Sequence record: OV754623
DNA: 64,000 nt
Source: Escherichia phage UGJNEcP1
Reading direction: 5' to 3' (one strand)
Shown: piece after piece, positions 63,824-64,000 of the stretch
Layout: every line of letters begins with the position of its first letter
How positions within the stretch are numbered: the first letter of the stretch is position 1
The notes under the pieces: generated by a model
The model's input: the letters and a program-made list of their open reading frames with translations, nothing else
Told to the model about the DNA's origin: nothing
Database searches by the model: none
Made by a program: the position numbers and the translations under genes

Positions 63824-63852
63824 TAACTATATTTATTACATGGTAATTTGAC

Positions 63853-64000
63853 ATGACTGACATTAAAGTACATTTTTATGATTTTAGTCACGTGCGCATT
63901 GAATGCGACGAAAGTACGTTTTACGAACTTCGTGACTTTTTTAGCTTTGAAGCTGACGGGTATAAATTTAACCCAAAATATCGCTATGGGCAATGGGATG
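63853..64000 (+). CDS. uvsW: UvsW helicase, N-terminal fragment (continues past window end)
   Basis: MTDIKVHFYDFSHVRIECDESTFYELRDFFSFEADGYKF matches recalled T4 UvsW N-terminus; late promoter at 63816-63823. Confidence 0.65.
   Translation, partial: MTDIKVHFYDFSHVRIECDESTFYELRDFFSFEADGYKFNPKYRYGQWD

Overview
This window is a T4-like (T-even, Tevenvirinae-type) myovirus genome segment, collinear with phage T4 as I recall its map. Bases 1-29,700 are a minus-strand early/accessory region: a tk-distal cluster of unknown genes, then rI, tk, regB, a GrcA-like glycyl-radical protein, denV, lysozyme e, nudE, a hyperplastic 'e.x' cluster, two tRNAs (Ile-CAU, Arg-UCU), an IPI-like gene, 57B, 57A and genes 1, 3, 2, 4. 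Bases 29,700-60,000 are the plus-strand late structural/packaging module: genes 53, 5, 5.1, 5.4, 6-12, wac, 13-19, 20, 67, 68, 21, 22, 23, 24. It is followed by rnlB, hoc and inh on the minus strand and the start of uvsW. Structural proteins are near-identical to T4 by recall, but accessory content differs. The candidate novel content is in the accessory region: six genes carrying the capsid-targeting leader of injected internal proteins, a run of membrane proteins sharing a C-terminal E-x-F-I-x-E-C-R motif, a tandem triplet of small paralogs ending in W-V-S-S-S-x-x-C, a macro-domain protein, and a nucleotidyltransferase + membrane protein pair. At least 18 copies of an early-promoter/stem-loop cassette (PeSL-like) punctuate the region, one of which has been copied into the g23/g24 junction. 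No CRISPR array, integrase or transposase was seen. All homology statements are from memory of protein families; no database search was run.
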